NCBI GenBank assembly: GCA_044223005.1
Contig: JBGAML010000004.1
Span: 128,001 to 192,000 of the forward strand
Direction of reading: 5' to 3'
DNA from: Candidatus Eiseniibacteriota bacterium
Lineage (GTDB): Bacteria; Eisenbacteria; RBG-16-71-46
DNA: 64,000 bases
The notes under the pieces were generated by a model. The model had not been told where the DNA came from. It did not search any database and saw nothing but the letters and a program-made list of their open reading frames with translations. The position numbers and the translations under genes are program-made. Positions within the stretch are counted from its first letter, which is position 1. Each line of letters begins with the position of its first letter. Positions 19,091 through 27,079 of this stretch are shown in pieces.

Positions 19091-19345
19091 CTACGACGCG
19101 TCGGGCGGAAGGGACGTGACGGGCACGCTGACCAGCTTCAGGAGCTCCTCGAGTCGACTCTCCTGTTCATCGATCTTCTGGTCGAGAACGACGATCGCCT
19201 TCGCCTTCTCGGCATTGAGCTCGGCGAGGCGCGTCACCCGGATCCGGATCGCGCGGCGCAGGTCCTCGGCGTCGCGGATTCGCCCCGTGACGCCGGCAGG
19301 TTTCGCGCCGATCTCTGCGACGTACTGCGGAGGGACTTCGCTCAT
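19091..19345 (-). CDS. Hypothetical coiled-coil phage protein
   Basis: ATG overlaps the upstream stop; GGAGGAG RBS; 84 aa. Confidence 0.6.
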   Translation of the reverse strand: MSEVPPQYVAEIGAKPAGVTGRIRDAEDLRRAIRIRVTRLAELNAEKAKAIVVLDQKIDEQESRLEELLKLVSVPVTSLPPDAS

Positions 19346-19548
19346 GTCCTGATCTCCTCCAGATCTGCGCACCGAATCCGCCGCGTGGGTCCGGGCGATT
19401 CGATCCGCGCCATGCGGATGCGGGCGCCGCGGCCCCAGCCAGATCCGGAAACTTCGTCGAACACTTCGATCACCACGCCCTCGAGGCCGAGAAAGGGTCC
19501 CCGGGCAACCCGCACGCGCATGCCGAGCTTCACGTCGAAAGTCCTCAC
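19342..19548 (-). CDS. Small KOW-motif protein
   Basis: LGMRVRVARGPFLGLEGVVIEV is a KOW consensus; GGAGG upstream of the GTG. Confidence 0.65.
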   Translation of the reverse strand: MRTFDVKLGMRVRVARGPFLGLEGVVIEVFDEVSGSGWGRGARIRMARIESPGPTRRIRCADLEEIRT

Positions 19549-19568
19549 GCGCCGCGCGCCTCCGTTGT

Positions 19569-19677
19569 CCTTGCCTGCCTGGCCTTGCCACGCCTTGCCA
19601 CGAACGGCGATGCCGAACCTTGCCCGCCGAGCCTTGCCTTGCTGCGCCACGCCATGCCTAACCGCGCCTTGCCTGCC
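19569..19677 (-). ncRNA. GGY-NN pentamer array, candidate guide RNA(s): two 49-nt units delimited by GGCR-GGCAA
   Basis: Minus strand reads GGCA GGCAA GGCGC GGTTA GGCAT GGCGT GGCGC AGCAA GGCAA GGCTC | GGCG GGCAA GGTTC GGCAT CGCCG TTCGT GGCAA GGCGT GGCAA GGCCA | GGCA GGCAA GG. Confidence 0.75.
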
Positions 19678-20188
19678 GTGCGACGACCGCCGTCGGCCGC
19701 AGCGACCGCTTTAGCTGCTCCTCGACCGCCTCGATCGCACACACCACGTCCGCGAACTCCTCGAGGCGTCCAAATCGATTCGCCCATGTGCGCAGCTCCG
19801 CGACGCCGAGCATCAGCAGCCGGCGGCGCAGATCGGTAGAGCTGGCCTCCTCTGGGACGTCGGGCCGCTTCGGCGATCGGTAGGTCACCTTGGCCGCGAT
19901 CGGCTTCTCCGCGCGCCCGGGCACGACCGTCACGAGTGCGCGGATATAGACCGACGCCTGGTGCAGCCGGTAGTTCTCCGCCGCGAGGTTGTCGTTCCAC
20001 TCGAACATCCCGTGGATCGGGCTCGTCGGCGGATACGCGAGCCGTAGCACCTCGGCGGGCGAGCAGTCCTTTCCGACTCCGCCCGTGAGCCGCTCGATCG
20101 CCTCGCCGAAGACTTCGGCGGTGGCCGGGTCGAGATCCTTCCCGGTGGTCGGATGCCACCGATACCTAGCGGACCGTGAAGCGCCCAT
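19658..20188 (-). CDS. Conserved phage protein, partner of the RAMP-like gene
   Basis: SPIHGMFEWNDNLAAENYRLHQA motif; overlaps the RAMP-like gene end; stop codon lies inside the array. Confidence 0.75.
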   Translation of the reverse strand: MGASRSARYRWHPTTGKDLDPATAEVFGEAIERLTGGVGKDCSPAEVLRLAYPPTSPIHGMFEWNDNLAAENYRLHQASVYIRALVTVVPGRAEKPIAAKVTYRSPKRPDVPEEASSTDLRRRLLMLGVAELRTWANRFGRLEEFADVVCAIEAVEEQLKRSLRPTAVVARQARRG

Positions 20189-20801
20189 AGTTCCCGCCTC
20201 GCTCCACGCGGTATTCCCCCACGCCCACGAACTCGCCCGCGAGCACGAGCAGATTCAGGATCTGCTCCGCCGACGTCGACGCGCCGTTGAACCGGATCGT
20301 CAGCGTCGCCTCCCACTCGTCGAAGCGCGCGCGGTAGCGGAGGTTCATGCCGCCGTCCGCCTGGCGCACCGCGCGCGTGTCCATCACGGGCTTGCCCTTG
20401 ATCGGCACCAGGTCCTCGGTGACGAAGAAGAGCGATCGCGCCGCGGTCATCGCGAGTCCGTCCACGTGGCGGCACGCCGCCACCGCCGCGAGCCGGAATG
20501 CGGCCGCGGAGAACGCGTAGCGGCCGTCCGCCAGGCGCGGGCAGGAATCCTCGAACTCCTGCTGCGGATCGCGCGGGGGCAGCTTTCGGTTCTTCGGTAC
20601 CCCCGACTGTGCTTCGGCCATCTGCCGCTTCGCCTTCTCGCTCCACTGGCTCACCATCAGCGGCGAGATCCCGACGACGTGCACCTTCAGCGTGCGCACG
20701 TCCGGTTTCTGAATCACGAACCGGGTCTTGGCGGGCGGGGCCGGCGAGGACATGGGTTTCTGGATTCCGTCCGACGGTGGCTGCGGCTGTCGGCGACTCA
20801 T
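20166..20801 (-). CDS. RAMP/Cas7-like protein
   Basis: 211 aa; N-terminal strand VHVVGISPLMV, FSAAAFRLA helix, RYRARFDEWEATLTIRF, C-terminal Gly-rich loop AGEFVGVGEYRVERGGNYGRFTV; ATGA-coupled start. Confidence 0.75.
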   Translation of the reverse strand: MSRRQPQPPSDGIQKPMSSPAPPAKTRFVIQKPDVRTLKVHVVGISPLMVSQWSEKAKRQMAEAQSGVPKNRKLPPRDPQQEFEDSCPRLADGRYAFSAAAFRLAAVAACRHVDGLAMTAARSLFFVTEDLVPIKGKPVMDTRAVRQADGGMNLRYRARFDEWEATLTIRFNGASTSAEQILNLLVLAGEFVGVGEYRVERGGNYGRFTVR

Positions 20802-21223
20802 CGCCCACGCTCCGCGACGGGATTTCCGCTGCGACCGAGAACGTGGTCGGCATCGGCGACGACCTGCTTCGAATACTCCATCCATTCCGGTGTGTTCTGT
20901 GCCCTGGCGGTCATGAGCACGCCGCCGAGCTTCTCGATGCAGCGCCGCAGTTCCCTTAAGCGCTCGTCCCGGGCCGCCAGTGAGGATTCGAGTTCGACAA
21001 GCCGCTTCGCGGCTGCGATCCGACGCGCGACGACCTCATAGGGCGCGAGCCGGGTGATCGTGCCGTCTGCCTCGTACCACTCGCACTGCTTGTCCTCTGC
21101 CGAATCGAGCTCGTCGAGCAGGGCTTCGATGATGCTCCGTCGGCAGGTGACAAACCCCGGCTCGCCGTGTTCCTCGTGCGTCGGCCAGCAACGCATGGCA
21201 TCGCGCTGGAGTTTGTCCGTCAC
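20798..21223 (-). CDS. Hypothetical phage protein
   Basis: GTG overlaps the upstream stop; 141 aa with coiled coil. Confidence 0.6.
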   Translation of the reverse strand: MTDKLQRDAMRCWPTHEEHGEPGFVTCRRSIIEALLDELDSAEDKQCEWYEADGTITRLAPYEVVARRIAAAKRLVELESSLAARDERLRELRRCIEKLGGVLMTARAQNTPEWMEYSKQVVADADHVLGRSGNPVAERGR

Positions 21224-21675
21224 GCCCGCACCCCCAGTCGCTCGATGGCGCGCCGCAGCTCGACGCTCGCGCGGTCCACTTCGATCGTGCCGCAGGCGCC
21301 GACCGTCCCCCACCAACCGTCGAGCTGCAGCTCGGCGCGGTGGCGGATCAGGGAGAGCAGCGAGTCGACCTGCGATGCTGCGCGCGCGAGCTCCGCGACC
21401 TGCGCGGTGCGTCCTTCCGAACCGGCAGAGATGCAGTCCGAGCAGACGCCGGCCATGAGCCTGAGTCCACTGCCAGACTCCGTCGTGCCGATGCTCGAGG
21501 TCCTGTGGACGGTGATGCGTGCGAGCGGAACGCGGCGCCGGCAGCAGAGGCAGGGCGTCTCCTCGCCGCCAACGTGCAGAACTTCGTCCGCCTGGGCCAT
21601 CGCTTCGGCGGCGATCCGTGCGATCACGCGCGGACCCGAATCTTCCGCGAGGTTATCTTTACCCTTGGAGTCCAT
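21220..21675 (-). CDS. Hypothetical phage protein with Cys pairs
   Basis: 151 aa; CLCC...CSDC. Confidence 0.55.
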   Translation of the reverse strand: MDSKGKDNLAEDSGPRVIARIAAEAMAQADEVLHVGGEETPCLCCRRRVPLARITVHRTSSIGTTESGSGLRLMAGVCSDCISAGSEGRTAQVAELARAASQVDSLLSLIRHRAELQLDGWWGTVGACGTIEVDRASVELRRAIERLGVRA

Positions 21676-21687
21676 AACGCCCCCGCT

Positions 21688-21781
21688 GTTAACCCGTTAA
21701 CCTGTTAACCATCAAAAACTTACACATCTAGTCATGCGCCGGGGCCGCCGGCACCCGTGGCGCGACCTCTGGGAAGGACCC
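21688..21781 (-). other. Candidate cos packaging site
   Basis: GGGTCCT (identical to lambda cosQ) at 21781-21775, GC-rich cosN-like TGCCGGCGGCCC about 22 nt downstream, then an AT-rich tract and 3x GTTAAC. Confidence 0.55.
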
Positions 21782-21954
21782 GCGCCGGCCCGGGGCGGCA
21801 CGCCCGAGGCGAGGCGGAGGGTGCCCGTCGCGTGAGCGCGAACGACGCCGCGCGCGAACGAAACCGACGCGTGACGGATTCTCCACTGGGCCGCCGGCCG
21901 GACTGCTGTCACGTCCCAGTCTCCGCATCACCTGGGGACCACGAACCGGCGGCC

Positions 21955-22212
21955 TCACGGCCGGGCTCCTGCCAGCGAGCGCAGCTCTTCCTCGTCACGC
22001 ACGGCCTCAGCCCGCATGCCCTCGCTGCGGCACTCCATGCACTCGTAGACACGACGGTGCGGGTTCCACCAGACCACCGTCCCGCGCGACCCCTTGGTGC
22101 GTCCGGGCGTCTTCGCCATCACCGGGAAGCGGCAGAAGTCGCACTCGACGTCGTGCTGCAGGTAGCGCACGGGAATCCACTTCTCGGCCGGGTGATGGCT
22201 GAAGAGTGGCAT
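21955..22212 (-). CDS. Small zinc-finger protein
   Basis: CDFC...CMEC; ATG overlaps the upstream stop. Confidence 0.6.
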   Translation of the reverse strand: MPLFSHHPAEKWIPVRYLQHDVECDFCRFPVMAKTPGRTKGSRGTVVWWNPHRRVYECMECRSEGMRAEAVRDEEELRSLAGARP

Positions 22213-23012
22213 CAGGCCTTCCCTGCGTTGTGGGCGACGGAGTCCACGACCTGGTGCTCCATGTCCTCGGCCAGCCACTCGTCCGCAATGCGTGCCGCGA
22301 TGTCGACGAAGTGCAGGCGGTCATCCAGGTGCAGGCCACGGCGGAAGGCCCAGATCTCGCGGATGTCCCCGCGGCCAGTCCCGATGCGCTGGAACACGCC
22401 ACCGAAGGGCTCCTTGCGCGTGCTGGGGAGCAGGAACGTGCGGTTCTTCCCCCGCCACTGGATCGAACTCGAACTGGCCTCGGGCGTGGGCAACGAGACT
22501 CGTCCGTACTCGCCGAAGAGACCGACGTCGACGACCTTGCGACCACGCCGCTTCTTGGTCAGCCGCTTGCCGCGGAAGTACGCGACCAGGTGCATGCCGG
22601 CGAAGGAATAGGCGGGATTGATCGGGCCCGAGATCGAGGGACGTGCGGGCCGCCCCGTGAGCGGCACGGCGACGCTCTTCGCCCCGGGGGTGAATGGGAC
22701 GCGCGCGCCCCCGGCCTCGAAGCTCGCGAGCAGCAGCTCGCCGCCCTTGTGGGTGTCGAGTTTCGTCCCAACGCGGATCTCGGCATAGGGGCGCGCATCG
22801 CGCGCGCTCGCCTTCTTGAGGATCGCCACCTGGCGCAGCATGAACTCGGCCTTGCGCAGGATGAACGCTGCGCGCAGGTGTTCGCGCTCGGCGTCCACGA
22901 CGCGCTGCGCGGTGGCGTTGAGGGCGTTGACGGCGACGTAGCCGAGCTGCTTCTCGGTGAGCCCGAGGCGTTGCACGAGCCGCTGGACGTCCATGCGCAG
23001 GTCGATCATCAT
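22212..23012 (-). CDS. Minor tail protein Z-like (neck/tail completion) protein
   Basis: 266 aa basic protein; KQLGYVAVNALNATA N-terminus and GVFQRIG motif. Confidence 0.6.
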   Translation of the reverse strand: MMIDLRMDVQRLVQRLGLTEKQLGYVAVNALNATAQRVVDAEREHLRAAFILRKAEFMLRQVAILKKASARDARPYAEIRVGTKLDTHKGGELLLASFEAGGARVPFTPGAKSVAVPLTGRPARPSISGPINPAYSFAGMHLVAYFRGKRLTKKRRGRKVVDVGLFGEYGRVSLPTPEASSSSIQWRGKNRTFLLPSTRKEPFGGVFQRIGTGRGDIREIWAFRRGLHLDDRLHFVDIAARIADEWLAEDMEHQVVDSVAHNAGKA

Positions 23013-23248
23013 GCCGGCCTCCGGCGCGGGAGCGCGCGCGAGGTCGCGGGCGCTGCGGAGGTCGGCTTCGGGCGCGGCCCTTCATCGCGGATGCGCTGCC
23101 AGACTTCGAGCCGGTGGATCGGGACGTCGCGCGGCGCGAGGAAGCCCAGCCGGATCTTGTTCCCATCGATCTCGAGGACCGTGATCTCGATGTCGTCGCC
23201 GATGCGGATCTTCTCGCCCACGCGCCGCGTGTGAACCAGCAGGCCCAT
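23009..23248 (-). CDS. csrA: Phage-encoded carbon storage regulator CsrA/RsmA
   Basis: LVHTRRVGEKIRIGDDIEITVLEIDGNKIRLGFLAPRDVPIHRLEV. Confidence 0.9.
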   Translation of the reverse strand: MGLLVHTRRVGEKIRIGDDIEITVLEIDGNKIRLGFLAPRDVPIHRLEVWQRIRDEGPRPKPTSAAPATSRALPRRRPA

Positions 23249-23251
23249 GGC

Positions 23252-23713
23252 TCAGCCCCTCCCGTTCGCGGTTGAACTCGGCCCCGGGCGCCGCGCGCCT
23301 GCCGCGGCGCGATCGACGGCCGCCGCGACGGTTCCCGGCCAGCGCTTGCCCATGCGCCAGAGCAGCTGCGCGAGATCCGCGTTGAGCTTCGGGAAATCCG
23401 TGCCGCGGGCGGTCTGCAGGCACACGGCCACCTGGTGTGGTCCGAGCTGCCGCAGCGCCACCAGCTCGAGCAGGGACGCCCAGAAGGCGGCGTAGCGGGC
23501 CTGCTCGGCCCGGTCGGCGGCGCTGGCGGCCGCCTGTCGCGCCCTCCGGCTCTTGTCAGCCCGCCGTAGCCAGTGCACGAGCAGTCCGTTCGGGTTGCGC
23601 ACCGGCTGGCGTGAGTGCATCTCGCGCACCGCGGCGGCGTAGACGCGCACGTCGAGGTCCGGGTAGACCGCCTGCTGGCGCTCCAGGAACGCGGGTTCGA
23701 AGAGATCACTCAC
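23252..23713 (-). CDS. Hypothetical protein (replication module)
   Basis: 153 aa coupled to the replication protein; VRNPNGLLVHWL motif. Confidence 0.6.
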   Translation of the reverse strand: MSDLFEPAFLERQQAVYPDLDVRVYAAAVREMHSRQPVRNPNGLLVHWLRRADKSRRARQAAASAADRAEQARYAAFWASLLELVALRQLGPHQVAVCLQTARGTDFPKLNADLAQLLWRMGKRWPGTVAAAVDRAAAGARRPGPSSTANGRG

Positions 23714-24579
23714 GCGCCACCTCCGCGTGCCGCGTCCGTGCCGTCCGTGCCAGTCGCAGGGCCCGCGCCCAGGGCGCGCGCCAGCAGGGCCGCATGGCCT
23801 GCCGTCGTGTCGCCCGTCCGGGCGGACGCAAGTCCGCCGGACCCGTTCTGCCAGCTCTGGCGCTCTGCCGATCTGCCGATCTCAGGCTCTGAAAGCTCTG
23901 GCACGTCTGGTAATTCTGGAGCTTCTGGTAATTCTGGTAATTCTGGGGGGTCCTTGGAGGTCTCCTTGGAGGTCTCCGGACGGCCCCTCTCGGACACCTT
24001 GGAGGTGTCCTTGGAGGTGTCCTCCAAGGTGGCCGGCCGACCCATTCCCGCCACCTTAGAGGTGTCCTTGGAGGTGTCCTCCAAGGTGCCTTCGAGGACA
24101 CCGGCAAGGTCTCCCTGAGGCCACGATTCCGGGCCACCATCGTCCGTCGAGCCGCGCTTGCGGGCGGCCGCAGACGACGCCTTCTTCGCCCGCTCGATCG
24201 CCACCTGGGCGCGCTCGCAGGTCTCCCGCCAGGTCGTCACGACGTCGGTCAGGATCCACTTGCCCGGATCGGTCTCGGTGTCGAACAGGGTCTGGAACCG
24301 ACCGCGGACCCGCTTCCATGCCGCCAGCGTGTAGCCGCACCAGAGCCGGACGTCTTCCTCGGTCATGATCCCGGGCGTCTCGGGCGGCATCGTGCCGTGC
24401 GTGGACGCCCAGACGCGCAGGAAGCGCGCCTGCTGCTCGAGCGTCAACCGCGAGACATGGGGGCTGGAGAGCCACTTCCTCCAGTCGAACTTCGCCCAGG
24501 GCAGGGGCTCGCCGGGTCGCCACCGGGACTGCGTGCGCTCCGGGCTGTTGTCGGTCGGCTTCTCGGGTTCGATGGGCAT
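23710..24579 (-). CDS. Putative replication initiator (DUF1376/YdaU-like N-terminus) with internal repeats
   Basis: LPWAKFDWRKWL...LTLEQQARFLRV N-terminus; internal DTSK/ELP repeats. Confidence 0.6.
   Translation of the reverse strand: MPIEPEKPTDNSPERTQSRWRPGEPLPWAKFDWRKWLSSPHVSRLTLEQQARFLRVWASTHGTMPPETPGIMTEEDVRLWCGYTLAAWKRVRGRFQTLFDTETDPGKWILTDVVTTWRETCERAQVAIERAKKASSAAARKRGSTDDGGPESWPQGDLAGVLEGTLEDTSKDTSKVAGMGRPATLEDTSKDTSKVSERGRPETSKETSKDPPELPELPEAPELPDVPELSEPEIGRSAERQSWQNGSGGLASARTGDTTAGHAALLARALGAGPATGTDGTDAARGGGA
23906..24088. repeat. Iteron-like repeats, candidate phage origin
   Basis: Six CCTT(G/A)GAGGT(C/G)T 12-mers at 23952, 23964, 23997, 24009, 24054 and 24066, next to 9-bp TCTGGTAAT repeats. 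Confidence 0.7.
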
Positions 24580-24606
24580 CTCGCGTCCGTGCGTTGGACT
24601 CCGACG

Positions 24607-25035
24607 TCAGTTGACGGGCTCGCTGCCGGGCTTCCGGTGCGACCGCGGGGGCGTGATGGGAGCGGCCGAGGGCGTCGGCGCGGGCGATTCGTCGAAGATC
24701 GAGGCCTGCCGCTCTTCCGACCGCAGAGCGCGCTCGCCGTAGATCTCCCCGGTGTCGAGCCGAACGAAGTACGCGACGCCGCGCGCGTCGTCGGAGCGCA
24801 GCTCGATCTCGACGAGGCGCTCTTCGCGGCGGCGCGCCACGATGCGCGCGAGCTCATCGCGCTGGCGCTCGAGCTCGAGCAGCTTCGCCTTCATGTCCGC
24901 CTTCGTCTGCGCCTGCAGGTCACACTCGGCGCGGTGCGACTCGATCGACTCAGCGAGCGCCTTCGCGAGCAGGTCGAACTCGGAGCCCGTCAGCTCGCAC
25001 GGGAGCAGCTCGGTGGTGCGTTTCAGGATTCGCAT
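24607..25035 (-). CDS. Conserved hypothetical phage protein
   Basis: LPCELT...VRLDTGEIYGERALRSEERQ; 142 aa. Confidence 0.7.
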   Translation of the reverse strand: MRILKRTTELLPCELTGSEFDLLAKALAESIESHRAECDLQAQTKADMKAKLLELERQRDELARIVARRREERLVEIELRSDDARGVAYFVRLDTGEIYGERALRSEERQASIFDESPAPTPSAAPITPPRSHRKPGSEPVN

Positions 25036-25126
25036 GCGAATCTCCAGTGGTGATCGGCGCGCCGTGCCATCCATGGCCTCCATGCTCCGGCGCGCCGAAG
25101 CGGAAGGGGCGATCGGGCAGAGCCAC

Positions 25127-25558
25127 TCATCGCCAGATCTCCGCGGACCGACCCGAGCGGTTGCCCGCCGAATCGACCGTGACTGCGACGTAGAACCAGC
25201 CCAGGGCGAGGGTGTCCGGCAGCGTGATCGCCACCGCATGGCCCGCTTCGAGCTGTGTCGTTGCCCGCGTCGCGACGAACTGGTAGGCCGCCTCGGCGCG
25301 AACGACGGGCCAGAGGCGCGCCCATGTCGTGTCCGCGGCCTGCATCGCCTGGTGACGCGCGACCCACGTGGGGCTCTGGCGATGCCGCCAGACCTCGAAG
25401 CGTGTCGCGTCGCGGCAGGTGTCGGACGGCGCGGTCGGATCGGCATTGCCGAGCGCGATCGGGCCGCCGGTCCAGGACGAGTTCCGCACAGGAGCCGTGA
25501 ACGTCAGCGTCCAGAGCATGGTGACCGCGACGACGGCCCGCGGGGTCAGGCTGAGCAT
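25127..25558 (-). CDS. Small FN3-like protein
   Basis: C-terminal WFYVAVTVDSAGNRSGRS motif; AGGAG RBS. Confidence 0.55.
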   Translation of the reverse strand: MLSLTPRAVVAVTMLWTLTFTAPVRNSSWTGGPIALGNADPTAPSDTCRDATRFEVWRHRQSPTWVARHQAMQAADTTWARLWPVVRAEAAYQFVATRATTQLEAGHAVAITLPDTLALGWFYVAVTVDSAGNRSGRSAEIWR

Positions 25559-25794
25559 GCGAGCTCCTTTCGCGGCCGACGGCCGCCGCGGTCCGGGCGC
25601 GAGGGCGGCCGCAGCTGGACCCCCGCGCGTGCCCAGGCCTCGCGCCAGCGATGAATCGTGCTGGGGTTGATGCCCATCTCGTCGGCGGCCCACTTGTAGT
25701 TCCCGTCGGTGTAGTCGAGCGTGAACTGCACGTGGCGCTGGATGGCGCGCTCGAGGTTGAAGTCCCCGAGTCCATTCGGGAGGAGAACGATCAC
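25546..25794 (-). CDS. Stand-alone Fis-type HTH protein
   Basis: LERAIQRHVQFTLDYTDGNYKWAADEMGINPSTIHRW. Confidence 0.75.
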   Translation of the reverse strand: MIVLLPNGLGDFNLERAIQRHVQFTLDYTDGNYKWAADEMGINPSTIHRWREAWARAGVQLRPPSRPDRGGRRPRKELACSA

Positions 25795-25973
25795 GCGCCC
25801 GCGACCTCCCCATGACGGTCGTCCGGGTCCTCGAGTTCACCCGGGCCGACCGCGGGCACATGCGCGCGCGCCGACTTGCGCGACCGCAGGGCGCGCGCGT
25901 GCTCGAGCAGGTTCGCCGTCCAGGCGCGCGCGACGTGGGTGAGCTCTTCGTCGGAAAGCGCCTGCACGGCCAC
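25791..25973 (-). CDS. Hypothetical protein
   Basis: 60 aa, coupled to the downstream gene. Confidence 0.4.
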   Translation of the reverse strand: MAVQALSDEELTHVARAWTANLLEHARALRSRKSARAHVPAVGPGELEDPDDRHGEVAGA

Positions 25974-26067
25974 GGTGGCTCCCGCTTCCGTGATGAGGAA
26001 GTTCGGGACCCGGGGGACTCGTACCGGTGCCGACGCGGCGGCGTGCGGGCCGCCGCGGCCGCGCCGG

Positions 26068-26424
26068 CTAGAGGTCCGAGACCGGGCTGCCCGCCGAGAG
26101 GTTCACGTCGCCGTGGCGGCCCTCGGTGATCGTGATCTCGATCGAGTTGCCGTCGACGTTCTCGCTCGCGCTGATCGCCGTGACCGTGACGACGCCCGGG
26201 CCCGCCGGCGTGAGCAGCCAGACCTCCGGGGTCGTCGGGCTCGTGTTCGTCGGATCCGCGTCGCCATTGGCATCGAGGCCGACCACCTGGGCGATCGTGG
26301 AATCGCTCGACGCCCAGCTGAACGGACCGGGGTCCGGCGAGCCGTCCGCCAGCTTGGGTGCGAGCGAGAGCTTGACCTTCTCGACGTCCGAGAGGGTCAG
26401 CGGGGGAACCGGCTTGATCTCCAT
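26068..26424 (-). CDS. Ig-like (Big_2-type) domain protein
   Basis: FSWASSDSTIAQV...GPGVVTVTA; strong AGGAAGGAG RBS. Confidence 0.65.
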   Translation of the reverse strand: MEIKPVPPLTLSDVEKVKLSLAPKLADGSPDPGPFSWASSDSTIAQVVGLDANGDADPTNTSPTTPEVWLLTPAGPGVVTVTAISASENVDGNSIEITITEGRHGDVNLSAGSPVSDL

Positions 26425-26582
26425 GCGGGGTCTCCTTCCTTGAACTGTTGTGACGCTGAGCCGCAGCGCCCCGGTGGCCCTCTGGGCCGAAATCCGTTCG
26501 ATCAGGCACGCGATGCGCTCGAGCGCGTGCACGCCCCGCGTCAGCAGGTCCCAGCCACGGGTCCAGAACGAGTGCTTCCGCT

Positions 26583-26891
26583 TCATGAGGCCTCCTCGAG
26601 GTGATCTGCGAGCGCATCGACGAGCAGCTTCTTCGCGAGGCCCAGGGCATTCGCGACCTCGGCCGTCGGGCGCGCCTGCAGGAGCGCGGCATTGGCGCGG
26701 TTCAGCTCGCGCGCAGCGCGGTGCACGAGGCCCCATCGCGAGTCGCGGTCCCGCGCCGGCGTCGGGGCCAGCGACTTGAGCTCGCGCAACAGGTGGCACG
26801 CGTCGTTGCTGGCCCGCGTAAGCTCGTGCGCGTGGCGGGATTGCCGCTCGAGCCGCGCGACCATGGCGTTGATCTCGCGCTTGAGGCTCAT
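26583..26891 (-). CDS. Hypothetical phage protein
   Basis: 102 aa, ATGA-coupled. Confidence 0.55.
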   Translation of the reverse strand: MSLKREINAMVARLERQSRHAHELTRASNDACHLLRELKSLAPTPARDRDSRWGLVHRAARELNRANAALLQARPTAEVANALGLAKKLLVDALADHLEEAS

Positions 26892-27079
26892 CGGAGCCTC
26901 GTGCGCAGGGCGGCCGCGACAAAGACCGCGAGCTGGCGGTCGTTCAAGCCATCGAGGTCGATAGACCGCTGCCTCGCGGCGACGCGATCATCGCGGCGTC
27001 GCGCCGCGCGCGCCTCGAGGAGCGCCCGTCGACGGGCGTGGCGGGCGCGAATTGCCGCGCGGTGCTTGTGCGCGCTCAT
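26888..27079 (-). CDS. Small Arg-rich hypothetical protein
   Basis: 63 aa, ATGA-coupled on both sides. Confidence 0.5.
   Translation of the reverse strand: MSAHKHRAAIRARHARRRALLEARAARRRDDRVAARQRSIDLDGLNDRQLAVFVAAALRTRLR

Noticed and set aside
19569..19677. Canonical CRISPR array or simple microsatellite
   Set aside because: No long repeats with unique spacers. Variation is concentrated in two of every five positions with a 49-nt super-period, which does not fit slippage.
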